Assembly (NCBI GenBank): GCA_963768305.1
Contig: CAVYHE010000004.1
Location: forward strand, 1-64,000
From: an uncultured bacterium
GTDB taxonomy: Bacteria; Margulisbacteria; WOR-1; CAVSGV01
Reading direction: 5' to 3'
DNA: 64,000 nt
A program made the translations under genes and the position numbers. Position 1 is the stretch's first letter; every line of letters begins with the position of its first letter. Under the pieces are notes generated by a model, which did no database searches, was not told the origin of the DNA, and was given only the letters and a program-made list of their open reading frames with translations. Positions 45,782 through 55,815 of the stretch are shown one piece after another.

Positions 45782-47269
45782 ATGAAATTAAATGAACTGA
45801 TCATGTCATTAAAACAGGCCAAGGTGATCGGCCCCGAGAATATAGATGTCACGGGCATCAAATATGATTCCCGTCTTGCCGGCAAAAGCGATCTTTTCGT
45901 GGCCATTCCCGGGTTCAAGACCGACGGCGCGAAATTCGCGGTCCAGGCCGCCGAGAAAGGGGCCTCCGCGGTGGTCCTGGAAAAAGACATCGATCTGCCC
46001 TCGAAGATCACGAAGATAATAGTCCCCAATGCCAGGATCGCGCTTGCCGAACTCTCCTCCGCTTTTTACGGCCATCCTTCGCGGAAATTAAAAATGATCG
46101 GTATTACCGGTACGAACGGGAAGACCACGATATCGTTCCTTGTAGAAGCGATATTGAGGAACGCGGGATTCAAGGTGGGCGTGATCGGGACAGTGGAAGC
46201 GAGGATAGACGGGCGCGGCATTCCCGTGAAATTGACGACGCCGGAATCTCCCGAACTGCAGGGACTGTTATCCATGATGGTAAAAGACGGCGTCACTCAC
46301 GTTGTCATGGAGGTCTCGTCGCACTCGCTCGAACTGTACAGGACGCACGGGGTGGAATTCGATGTCGCGGTATATACGAACCTTACCCACGATCATCTGG
46401 ATTTCCACGGGAACATGCAGAATTACCTGAAAGCGAAGATGAAACTTTTCGAAAGGCTCGGCAAAGGGAAGAAAAAGGACGTCACGGCCGTCGTGAACGT
46501 GGATGACCCGTACGGGAAGAGAATGATGACATATGTTGAAGGCGATATTCTGACGTACGGTGTCGCGAACAACGCCAACATGACGGCTTCAAAGTTCGAC
46601 ATTTCGCTGGAAAAAATGAGTTTTGATGTGGAAACGCGTGATGGGAATTTCAGCATCTCGACCGGCCTGATAGGAGTGTTCAACGCTTACAACATAATGG
46701 CGGCGCTGCTTTGCGGAAAGGTGTTCAAGCTTAATTATGCCGACATGACAAAAGCTGTCGAAGGAGTTAAAAATGTTCCCGGCAGGTTCGAAAGGGTGAA
46801 AGCCGGCCAGAAATTCCCCGTTATAGTCGATTTCGCGCATTCGCCTGACAGCTTGACCAAACTTCTTGGAACTATTCGCCCGCTGATAAAAGGCAAAATT
46901 ATCCTGGTTTTCGGCTGTCCCGGCGACAGGGATCGGGCCAAGAGGCCCATTATGGGAGGGATAGCCGTCAAATCTGCCGATGTTACTATCATCAGCACCG
47001 ATGATCCTCATTCGGAATTACCGTCAAAGATCATCGACGAGATCGAAGAGGGTGTCGTGAGGGAAGGGGGTATTATCGGAAAAAATTATTTCAAGATAGA
47101 GGACAGGAAGGCCGCGATAATTGAGGCGATCAGATCAGCCGCGGCTGATGATGCGGTCATCCTGGCAGGACGCGGACACGAAACGTATCAGGACGTGAAC
47201 GGTGTCAAGGTGCCAATCGACGATAGAGTGGCTGCGAGGGAAGCGTTAAGCCGGTTTTCTGATAAATAA
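45782..47269 (+). CDS. murE: UDP-MurNAc-tripeptide ligase MurE
   Basis: GITGTNGKTT, TTPES, MEVSSH, DHLDFH, VDFAHSPD, AGRGHETYQ. Confidence 0.95.
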   Translation: MKLNELIMSLKQAKVIGPENIDVTGIKYDSRLAGKSDLFVAIPGFKTDGAKFAVQAAEKGASAVVLEKDIDLPSKITKIIVPNARIALAELSSAFYGHPSRKLKMIGITGTNGKTTISFLVEAILRNAGFKVGVIGTVEARIDGRGIPVKLTTPESPELQGLLSMMVKDGVTHVVMEVSSHSLELYRTHGVEFDVAVYTNLTHDHLDFHGNMQNYLKAKMKLFERLGKGKKKDVTAVVNVDDPYGKRMMTYVEGDILTYGVANNANMTASKFDISLEKMSFDVETRDGNFSISTGLIGVFNAYNIMAALLCGKVFKLNYADMTKAVEGVKNVPGRFERVKAGQKFPVIVDFAHSPDSLTKLLGTIRPLIKGKIILVFGCPGDRDRAKRPIMGGIAVKSADVTIISTDDPHSELPSKIIDEIEEGVVREGGIIGKNYFKIEDRKAAIIEAIRSAAADDAVILAGRGHETYQDVNGVKVPIDDRVAAREALSRFSDK

Positions 47270-48040
47270 ATACAGGAATTCCTGCGCGTAGCCAGCGTAT
47301 TTTCCGAAATACGAGCCGTCCTTGCCTTTATAGTATTTCTTCATTACTCTTTCAATCCAGCGGTCAATCGGGAACGCCTCGTATTTATTGTACGCAAAAA
47401 GAAGAACGCAGTCGGCGACCTTTTTGCCTATGCCTTTTACTTTCAGAAGCTCGGTCCTTGCTTCCTGATACGGCATTTTGGCAAGGCGATCCAGCTGTAG
47501 CTTGCTAGTCGACAACTTTTCAATGGCATCTTCCAGATAGCGATTCCTGAATCCGAGACGGCAAGAGTGATAATCAGCTGAGCATGTGCCGGCCAGGTCA
47601 TGCAGCGTCGGGAAAAGATGATATTCGCGGCCTTCAAATTCGATTTTTTTGCCGAATCTCTTGCTCAGCTCGTTCACCATCTTGTTTATCCTGGGAATAT
47701 TGTTTTGCGACGACAAGATGTAAGTTGCCAGGCATTCAAAAGGATCCTGCTTTATGATGCGAAGCCCGTGATATTCTTTCACAGCTTTTCTTATCAAAGG
47801 GTCTTTTGAGATCGATTTCAGGATCTTCTTGTAATCCTCGTTCAAATTGAAATATTTGATAATATCAGTTTTTTTAACTTCGCCTTCATAAAAAAGATAA
47901 TTCCCTGATTGGCGCAGCTTCGCTATCTTGCTGCCGATGAAACCATGCCAGAATCCTTCATTATCCTTGTTCCATCTGAAGACCTGTCCGCAGGAAAGTG
48001 TCAGGTCGAGGTTGAAATCTTTGATCTTGAGCTTGCGCAT
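47246..48040 (-). CDS. 8-oxoguanine DNA glycosylase (OGG1-like)
   Basis: TLSCGQVFRW, SQNNIPRI, HhH-GPD motif KGIGKKVADC...FPID, YAGYAQEFL. Confidence 0.9.
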   Translation of the reverse strand: MRKLKIKDFNLDLTLSCGQVFRWNKDNEGFWHGFIGSKIAKLRQSGNYLFYEGEVKKTDIIKYFNLNEDYKKILKSISKDPLIRKAVKEYHGLRIIKQDPFECLATYILSSQNNIPRINKMVNELSKRFGKKIEFEGREYHLFPTLHDLAGTCSADYHSCRLGFRNRYLEDAIEKLSTSKLQLDRLAKMPYQEARTELLKVKGIGKKVADCVLLFAYNKYEAFPIDRWIERVMKKYYKGKDGSYFGKYAGYAQEFLYLFIRKPA

Positions 48041-48046
48041 CTTCAG

Positions 48047-48958
48047 CTAGAATCTGGCTTTGCCGATAATGTCTTTAATGCTGATATAGTCGTGCGCGGA
48101 AAGATATTTTTTTATCCCTTCGGCTATTTCTGTCGTAGAGCGGGGATTGACGAAGTTGCCTGTCCCGACCTGGACGGCGGAAGCTCCTGCCAGGAAGAAT
48201 TCGATCGCATCGTCCGCGGCCATTATCCCGCCTATGCCGATCACCGGGATATTAACTGTCCTGTATATCTCATTTACCATCCTTACGGCTATCGGCTTTA
48301 TTGCGGGGCCGGAGAGGCCTCCGGCTCCCATCGACAATTTCACTTTTCCGGAATTGATATCGATTGCCATTCCAAGGACCGTGTTGATCGCCGATATTGC
48401 GTTCGCTCCTGCTCCTTCCGCGGCTTTCGCGATCACTTTGATATCCGTCACATTCGGAGAAAGCTTCGCTATAACGGGAAGTTTCGTCGCTTTCCTGACG
48501 GCGGCGATAACTTCGGCTGTCAGTTTCGGATCAACGCCGAATTGCATCCCGCCTTGTTTTACATTCGGGCAGGATATGTTGACCTCGATCCCCGCAATGC
48601 CTTTTACAGCGTTCAATCTTGAAGCAAGCTTAGAATATTCATCAACCGATTCGCCGGCTATATTGACTATGACCGGCGTTTTGAATTGTTCAAGATAAGG
48701 AAGGTCGTGCCTGAGGAAATCATCGATCCCGGGATTTTGCAGGCCTATCGTGTTCAACATCCCCGAGGGAGTTTCGCATATCCTCGGCGGAGGATTTCCT
48801 TCGCGGGGTTGCCAGGTCACGCTTTTCACTATTATCGCGCCGATATCGCCTAGATTTACAAAATCCTCATGATCTTTTCCGCTTCCGAATGTTCCCGAAG
48901 CGGTCATGACCGGATTCTTCATCTTGATGCCGGCTATTGTTATGCTTATCTCTGCCAT
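48047..48958 (-). CDS. pyrD: Dihydroorotate dehydrogenase 1B, catalytic subunit
   Basis: NPVMTASGTFG, NISCPN, KLSPNVT, GGLSGPAIKP. Confidence 0.96.
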   Translation of the reverse strand: MAEISITIAGIKMKNPVMTASGTFGSGKDHEDFVNLGDIGAIIVKSVTWQPREGNPPPRICETPSGMLNTIGLQNPGIDDFLRHDLPYLEQFKTPVIVNIAGESVDEYSKLASRLNAVKGIAGIEVNISCPNVKQGGMQFGVDPKLTAEVIAAVRKATKLPVIAKLSPNVTDIKVIAKAAEGAGANAISAINTVLGMAIDINSGKVKLSMGAGGLSGPAIKPIAVRMVNEIYRTVNIPVIGIGGIMAADDAIEFFLAGASAVQVGTGNFVNPRSTTEIAEGIKKYLSAHDYISIKDIIGKARF

Positions 48959-49734
48959 ATCATTTCTCCTGTATTGAACACCGGGCCGTCAGAACAAACT
49001 TTTTTGTATCCTTGCTTTGTATTTACCGTACATCCGTTGCAGGAGCCAAAACCGCATGCCATCCATTCCTCCAGCGAGACCTGGCATGGGATATCATTTT
49101 GGCCTGATATCTCTTCAAGATGTTTTATCATGGGCCGCGGTCCGCAGGCATAAATGGCGGTGTTTACCGGCGCAAGCTTTGAACCGATCAATTCAAGAAG
49201 AATATCAGTGACCATTCCTTTCATGCCGTAAGTGCCGTCGTCCGTGGAAACGATGGTCTCAAACCCGAGCTCCTTGAAATCCTCTTCGCAAAGGACGGAA
49301 TTGATGTTGTTCGCTCCTATCAGTGCGTATTTCGCTTTAACTTTTGGCGCGATATCTTTTGCCAAAGAGAGCAGGGGGGCTATACCGGCGCCGCCGCCAA
49401 TAAGGATAGCTACTTCCTTCGAAGCATCGATCTTGAATCCGTTCCCCAGCGGGCCGATGATGTCCAGGTCTTCGCCAGGCTCCGTTTCGGACAATATCCT
49501 TGTACCTGTTCCGACAACCCTGAAAAGGATATCGATAGTACCTTTTTGCTTATCTATCCTGTTAAAGCTGAGGGGCCTTCTTAAGAGCGGCTCAGTTGAA
49601 TTGCCGCATTTGGCCATGATGAATTGGCCCGGGGCGGCCTCTCTTGCTATCTTTGGGGCGGCTAAAGTAATGCGAAAATGTTCGGGAGCGAGCTTTTTGT
49701 TATCAAGTACCTTGGCGATCTCCTGGTGCTTCAT
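48946..49734 (-). CDS. pyrK: Dihydroorotate dehydrogenase electron transfer subunit
   Basis: LRRPLS, GPLGNGF, ACGP, MACGFGSCNGC...VCSDGPVF. Confidence 0.95.
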   Translation of the reverse strand: MKHQEIAKVLDNKKLAPEHFRITLAAPKIAREAAPGQFIMAKCGNSTEPLLRRPLSFNRIDKQKGTIDILFRVVGTGTRILSETEPGEDLDIIGPLGNGFKIDASKEVAILIGGGAGIAPLLSLAKDIAPKVKAKYALIGANNINSVLCEEDFKELGFETIVSTDDGTYGMKGMVTDILLELIGSKLAPVNTAIYACGPRPMIKHLEEISGQNDIPCQVSLEEWMACGFGSCNGCTVNTKQGYKKVCSDGPVFNTGEMIWQR

Positions 49735-49829
49735 TTGGATATCTAATATACCTTATACTGTGCTCAAAATCAACTTTTCAACCTTGAAAAGGCATTCCCA
49801 GCATGAGATAATTTCATTCTGTTTCACGG

Positions 49830-49901
49830 GGCGCGGTAGCAAAGTGGTAATGCAGCGGTCTGCAAAACCGCTATTCGTGGGTTCGATTCCCTCCCGCGCC
49901 T
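49830..49901 (+). tRNA. tRNA-Cys(GCA), CCA not encoded
   Basis: Acceptor stem GGCGCGG/CCGCGCC, anticodon arm GCGGT-CTGCAAA-ACCGC, T-loop TTCGATT. Confidence 0.93.
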
Positions 49902-49914
49902 TTCTATTCGATGC

Positions 49915-49989
49915 GGGCAGTTAGTTCAGTGGTAGAACGCCTCGTTGACACCGAGGAGGTCAGAGGTCCGATCCCTCTACTGCCCACCA
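49915..49989 (+). tRNA. tRNA-Val(GAC), CCA encoded
   Basis: Acceptor stem GGGCAGT/ACTGCCC then ACCA; anticodon arm CCTCG-TTGACAC-CGAGG; T-loop reads TCCGATC. Confidence 0.9.
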
Positions 49990-49996
49990 TTGAACG

Positions 49997-50689
49997 TTAC
50001 TTGACCGCTCCGTATACCGCAAAATTGTAGTATTTAAAGTGTACATCTACTGAACTAAATCCGGCTTTTTTAAGCCAGTCCAATTCGATATTCAGCTTAT
50101 TCGGCCTGTCTTCGCGGTAATAACGTTTCAGGTTTTCCTTCATATCTGTTTCAGGTAGATTGCGCAAAATGAATTCTCCCCACTTTTTCATATATAGGTC
50201 CTGCATTTTTTTATTATCGGCCAGTATAATATCCGCATTTAAAAAGATCCCGCCCGGCTTCAAGGCTCGGTACAACTTCCTGTAAAAAGCGAGTTTCTTG
50301 CCGTCCGGAGCCATATGATGGAATGCCAAGGAGGAAACGACGGCGTTATATTTTCCCCTGAATTTGTAATCTATCAGGTCGGCCTGTTGATATTTGATCC
50401 CGGGAAAACCGCCCAGTTTCTTTTTGGCCATTTCAAGCATTTGAGGGGCAATATCCATACAGGTTATTTTAGCTGCAGGAAAAGTCTTTTTAATAAGAAA
50501 TGTGAGAGTGCCCGTGCCTGTTCCAAGATCAAGAACAGAAATATTCCGCTTTCCGGTAAATGATAACAGATTTACGATAGTCCCCAGCATTTCCTTATAA
50601 TATGGGACTCGCTCCAACACCCGCTCATCCCAAGCGCCTGCTTCAGAATTAAAGTGATCCCTAACGATCGATATTCTATCTTTGCTCAT
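49997..50689 (-). CDS. Class I SAM-dependent methyltransferase
   Basis: VLDLGTGTG, DIAPQML, SSLAFHH, LKPGGIFLNAD. Confidence 0.88.
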   Translation of the reverse strand: MSKDRISIVRDHFNSEAGAWDERVLERVPYYKEMLGTIVNLLSFTGKRNISVLDLGTGTGTLTFLIKKTFPAAKITCMDIAPQMLEMAKKKLGGFPGIKYQQADLIDYKFRGKYNAVVSSLAFHHMAPDGKKLAFYRKLYRALKPGGIFLNADIILADNKKMQDLYMKKWGEFILRNLPETDMKENLKRYYREDRPNKLNIELDWLKKAGFSSVDVHFKYYNFAVYGAVK

Positions 50690-50734
50690 GAACAAATATT
50701 ATAAACAGCAGGCATGGTTCTGTCTAGTAAGGAG

Positions 50735-51154
50735 CTAAAAATCTAATTGCGGATTATTTGTTGTGGAGCCCGCTTCGGGAGTGACATACCCTTTTTTCAT
50801 GATCCTGTCCAATTCATCCATTTTATCGTTGTATTTTTCCTGGAATTCCTGGAATTTCTGTATATATCCGTTGAGGTTGGGATTATTGTTGACTATTTTG
50901 TACCGAACGGATAAATATATCAGGGCTAAGATCACTATGGCTGTAAGAATGAAATTATTTTGGAAGCAGATCAACATAAATCTGATGAACAGCATGAGGA
51001 CCCAGATGGAAGCAATGATCCCGACGGCCATGAAAAGGATATCAAAGAACCCGCGAACACTGGCGTAGCGGAACTGCAGATAAGCCAGAAACGAGATCAC
51101 ACCCGCAACAAGCAGCCAAAGCGCCAATTTAACGTAAAAACTGTTCCAGCTCAT
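50735..51154 (-). CDS. Hypothetical 3-TM membrane protein
   Basis: Three hydrophobic segments and a polar C-terminus. Confidence 0.7.
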   Translation of the reverse strand: MSWNSFYVKLALWLLVAGVISFLAYLQFRYASVRGFFDILFMAVGIIASIWVLMLFIRFMLICFQNNFILTAIVILALIYLSVRYKIVNNNPNLNGYIQKFQEFQEKYNDKMDELDRIMKKGYVTPEAGSTTNNPQLDF

Positions 51155-51172
51155 TTTCTCACCAAATTCTTA

Positions 51173-51245
51173 AGCGGGAGACGGGATTCGAACCCGCGAC
51201 CCTTTGCTTGGGAAGCAAAAGCTCTACCAGCTGAGCTACTCCCGC
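51173..51245 (-). tRNA. tRNA-Gly(CCC), CCA not encoded
   Basis: Reverse complement GCGGGAGTAGCTCAGCTGGTAGAGC...TTTGC-TTCCCAA-GCAAA...GGTTCGAATCCCGTCTCCCGCT. Confidence 0.94.
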
Positions 51246-51299
51246 GCCGTTTCATTGGATAATTATATGTCCATTTTTCTGATTTGTCATTTAGTGATT

Positions 51300-52077
51300 C
51301 ATTTGGATTTTGATATTTGTCATTTGGATTTTGCAGATGCGCGATCATCTGGTCGATGGTCACGAACCGGAATCCTTTTTCCTTCAATCCTTTTATTACC
51401 ACGGGAAGCGAATCTATCACCGCTTCGCGGCTCGCTCCCCCGTCATGGAGCAGGATTATCGTCCCGTTCTTCGTCATATTGAATATTTTAGATGTGATAT
51501 CATCCGCTGTCTTCGTCCTGTTCCAGTCGCCCACGTCAAGGGTCCAGAGGACGACAGTGTAATTAAGAAGCTCCGCTTCATTCAAGAACCTCCAGTTCTC
51601 AAAACCAAAGGAGGGCGGAAATAATCCACTTTTTTGCCCGTGTATTTGAAGATCAAATTATCCGTCTTTTGCAGCTCGTCATCTATCTTTCCGATGTCCG
51701 TGACCGTGCCTTTTATGTGCGAGAAAGTGTGGTTCCCTATGACGTGGCCTTCGTCGGCTTCGCGCTATAAGTATGTCGCTGTTCTTATCGATGAATTTGC
51801 CGAGAACAAAAAAGGTCGCTTTGACGTTGATACTTTTTTAAAATATCCAGTATCTTCGGCGTGGACTGTGAACTTGGCCCGTCGTCGAATGTAAGCGCGA
51901 CTTCCGGGATGTTCTTGTTCCCGTGCCAGAAGATCGTTCCCGATAAAGGCTGGGATCCTTTCGGCGGGACAGGGACGTAAATGCTCCAGAAATAGGCTGA
52001 TACCGGCAAGGAAGGAAACTGATATTATCAGTGATCAGCGCGATAAAAATAAGATTCTTATTTCTGACGACGTTCAT
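51300..52077 (-). CDS. Polysaccharide deacetylase (NodB/CE4), heavily frameshifted, 3' end uncertain
   Basis: VALTFDDGP, GNHTFSH, FRPP.G, W..D..DW and IILLHDGG motifs across fragments; N-terminal anchor. Confidence 0.8.
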
Positions 52078-52128
52078 GGCGGATTATTATAGCTTAAAAA
52101 CGTTAATCCCGCGTGTTATAATTTACAC

Positions 52129-53398
52129 ATGGTCCTGTTCTCAGAGATGTTCGTTTCGGAGCTTATCGGCGATCCTGTGATGGACCGCTTTGAGGAGCGA
52201 GTAGGCATTGTGCGGGATGTCCTTGTTTCCACAGGGCAAGCGTTCCCGAAAGTGAGCGGGCTTCTCGTGGAGATGGACGGCGGCGGGGAAAAGGTCATCC
52301 TTATCGGCGACATTGACATGGTCGGGAGGCAGTTCGTCTCGACAAAAGTGGTGAAAGAGCGGATTCCTTTCTGCCAGCTGATGCAGGAAGATATACTTCT
52401 TGCGCGCGACATCCTGGACAAGCAGATAGTTGACATACAGGGCGCAAGGGTCGTGCGCGTCAATGATATAAAACTCGCGAAAGCCGAGGACGATATACGG
52501 CTTATCGCCGTGGATGTAGGGATGTTCGGGATACTGCGAAGGCTGGGGATAGAGCGGTTCATAATGCCGGTCATTGATTTTCTCAGGATCAAAAAATATC
52601 AGCCGCTCATCGGCTGGAACTTCATAGAATTCCTCAAGATCTGACGCAACGGGCGGCAAGCTTACCATCCCGCACAAGAGAGTGGATGAGCTCCATCCGT
52701 CGGACATCGCGAACATCATAAGCGATGCGCGTTCGAATGAGAAGACGGAGATATTCGCCAGCCTCCCCGACAAGACAGCGGCGGAAGCTCTGCACGAGCT
52801 TGCGCCGAAAATTCAGGCGTTCCTTCTGACCACCGTTGACACGAAAAAAGCGCTCGGAATATTGAACAGGATGCCGGCTGATGAAGCGGCCGATGTTCTC
52901 GGCGACCTGCCGGAAGACAGGGCTGAGGCGCTGATACGGCTGATAAAGTCAAAAAAAGCGGAAGAGATAATGAAGCTGCTCCGCCACAGCGACGAGACAG
53001 CTGGCGGAATGATGACGACGGAATTCATCGCGCTGCCTCAGAACCTGACGGTACAGGAGACGATCGAGAGATTAAGGGAGCAGGCGCCGGATGCGGAAAC
53101 GATCTATTATCTATATGTTGTTAGTGATGACCAGCGGCTTGTAGGAGCGCTGTCGCTGCGGCGCCTCATAGTTTCAAAGCCGTCGACACTGCTTTCCGAT
53201 ATCATGATAAAGGACCTGATAACCGTTCATCCTGAGGCGAATCAAAAGAATGTGGCGGACGTGATATCAAAATACAATCTGCTGGCGGTCCCTGTGGTGA
53301 ATCCTGAAGGGAAACTGCTCGGCATAGTTACGGTGGACGATGTGGTGGACTTCATCCTTCCGCCTATTTCAAAGCGCAAAAGGCAGATGCTGGGTTAA
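52129..53398 (+). CDS. PRC-barrel + MgtE N-domain + CBS-pair protein without TM domain (frameshift near 52640)
   Basis: LDKQIVDIQGARVVRVNDI, LHPSDIA, TAGGMMTTE, IYYLYVV, GIVTVDDV. Confidence 0.82.
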
Positions 53399-53416
53399 GT
53401 CAGGGGTAAGTCGGGA

Positions 53417-53578
53417 TTATTTTTTCTTCTTCAGAAGATTGAACTTTTTTACGATATTCCAAAGATACTTCGTCATCTTTGTCACCGGGATCGGCTTTTT
53501 GCCGAACACTTTTTCCAGGGTCTCTTTCCTGCCCTTGAACGATACTACCAGGCTTGTCAGTCCGCTTTTCCTTGCCAT
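53417..53578 (-). CDS. Small basic SWIB-like protein, 53 aa (below ORF-track cutoff)
   Basis: MARKSGLTSLVVSFKGRKETLEKVFGKKPIPVTKMTKYLWNIVKKFNLLKKKK; strong SD AGGAGGTGA. Confidence 0.8.
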   Translation of the reverse strand: MARKSGLTSLVVSFKGRKETLEKVFGKKPIPVTKMTKYLWNIVKKFNLLKKKK

Positions 53579-53651
53579 AAAAATGTCACCTCCTGATCGA
53601 TTTCGAGACTGGACAAGTTAACAATATCAGGGGGGCAATGTCAAGGCGAAT

Positions 53652-55815
53652 TCAGCGATCGGTACGGGTTCTGGGAGCTACCGGCAGCTCCACGGTGAAC
53701 GTGGTTCCTTCCCCGACTTTGGATTTAACCTTGATCTCGCCTTTATGCTCCTCGATTATTCGGTGGGTGATGGCGAGGCCGAGGCCGGTTCCTTTGTCCT
53801 TTGGTGGTGAAGAACGGGGAGAAAAGCTTTTTCATGTTTTCTTCGGTTATCCCGTGTCCTTCGTCTTTCACGTCGATGCAGACCCTGTTCTTGGGAATGC
53901 GTCGTGGTAGGTCTTTATCGGTCAATGTCCCGCCGTTCTCCATGGATTCCGCGCCGTTCTTTATGAGGTTCAGGAATATCTGCATCATTTTCTGCTGGTT
54001 CACGGAGACCATTGGGAATGGCTGCCGAAATCCCTCACGACTTTCACGTTAAGCTTCTTGAACGATATTTCGGAAAGGCGGATGGCTTTTTCCAGGATAT
54101 CGTTGATCTGGGCGGGTTCGGATTCCAGTGTTCGCGGGCTTGGCGAAGGAGGTGAGGTCGTTCACTATCTTGTTAAGGCGGTCCACTTCCGACGGCACCA
54201 TCTGGTTGAATTTCTGCCTGAATTCAGGGTCGTCGAACCTTTCCTGCATCATCTGGACGTAGAGCTGGATGGAGGTGAGCGGGTTCTTTATTTCGTGGGC
54301 TATGCCGGCGGCCATGGTGCCGATGACGGCAAGCTTGTCGGACTGTATCAGCTGGTCCCTGGTATTCTTCAGTTCCTGGAATTGTTTCATCAGGTCGCTG
54401 TACATGATGGCGTTCTCCACGGCGACCGCGGCCTGATTGGAAAGGGTGGTGAGGAGCTGGATATCTTCGCTGCTGTACATGTCGCCGGATTTTTTCTCGC
54501 CGAGGCAGAAGACGGCGACAAGCTTGTTCCCCATGTATTTGCCCCTGGTTATGCAGGGGATGCAGACCTGGGCATGAAGCCTCTCCATTTCTTTCTTGAT
54601 GGCGGTAAATCTTTTTCTGTCGTCCGCAAGGGTGAGTTTGTTGTTCAACGCGTTAACGATCTCTTCTTTTGTAAGCAGGGCTTTGGAGTGGAAGAGGTGT
54701 TTAAAGAGCTCATGGCTGTCGGAGAATGTCAGTCAAGAAGGTTTCTGCTTTTCGATTCGGCGGCTTTCACGATATATCTATGGCTTGGTTCGTCAAGGAC
54801 AAGAGTTGATCCTTCAACAAGATCCATTTTCCTGCAAACGATCCTTGTTGTAAGCTTTACAAGGCGGTCGATATCGGTAAGGAGGTTCATCACTTCGCTT
54901 GAAAGCTTGAGGGTTTTCTGATAGTCGTATTTTTTCTTGAAGAAATATTCGTTAGTTACTTCTGTGACGAAAGTTTCGAGAGGTTTATAGCCAATAGCGA
55001 TAACAAAAGCAGTAACAACAGTAGCAAAAAATTGATTAACGCCAAGAGCAGATTGAAAAATATATTGTCCGACAAGGAGCAATAGGGAATATTCAGCAAC
55101 TATCGCAACCATGAGAACTGAATAAAGGATACCTTTTTTGATGATAATTTCGATGTCCATGAGAGCGATGGCGAAGAATAGCGTAAGTAATTATCAAAGG
55201 ATATATGGAAACCGTCCACATGCCATATGGAAAAATGGGAATGTTAAATGTTGGGAAAAAGGTTGTGAGCCCACCGGAAAAACCGAAAATTGCCGATGAT
55301 AAAACATATATTATTTGATTCCTTTTTAAACCAGTGCTGGATAGAATGACTTTAAATAAAATGAAATGGGCATAAGCAAGAATACAGAACACATAAAAAA
55401 CAAAAATGAAGTAAGTTGTTTTGGGGAAAGAGTAAAAAGCAAATGGGGCTTTAGGGGCAACGCCGACTAAAACATTCAAAAACAGTAAAACAAAAAGAAC
55501 GCCTGCTAAAAAAGATGAGATTATTATTGCGAATTTATACTGGGATTGTTTGTTGGTAATCATCACAGAAAACACTAAAAACATTGTTGGGACGAGAATT
55601 GCGCCAATATAATGAAGGTATAACCATATAGAAGCAGTGTTAATATTTGAACTTAACACCAATGAACCAAGCCCATAACTCCACAGTGCTGTACTTAAAT
55701 TTAATAAGAGCCACGACTCATAAAGGGGGTTTGAGAATCCTCTGGAAAAAACAAAAAGGCCAATTAATATATTTGTGAGAGCTGTTGCATAACAGGCTAA
55801 GCTCAGAGAGTTCAC
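53652..55815 (-). CDS. Sensor histidine kinase 1: HisKA_7TM-like membrane sensor + GAF + HisKA + HATPase (several frameshifts)
   Basis: Multi-TM N-terminus ending YAILRHR(L)MDIE; GAF motif [15 protein letters not shown]-box AHEIKNPL; N-box NLIKNG; PFFTTK; GTG start overlaps the HMGR-like stop. Confidence 0.88.

Noticed and set aside
49990..51172. tRNA-anchored genomic island between tRNA-Val and tRNA-Gly
   Set aside because: It holds only two small genes; I found no integrase and no duplicated tRNA 3' end.
51151..51585. Deacetylase ORF reading through tRNA-Gly
   Set aside because: The extension translates low-complexity repeats and the tRNA itself; the gene has several other indels, so a missed stop is more likely.
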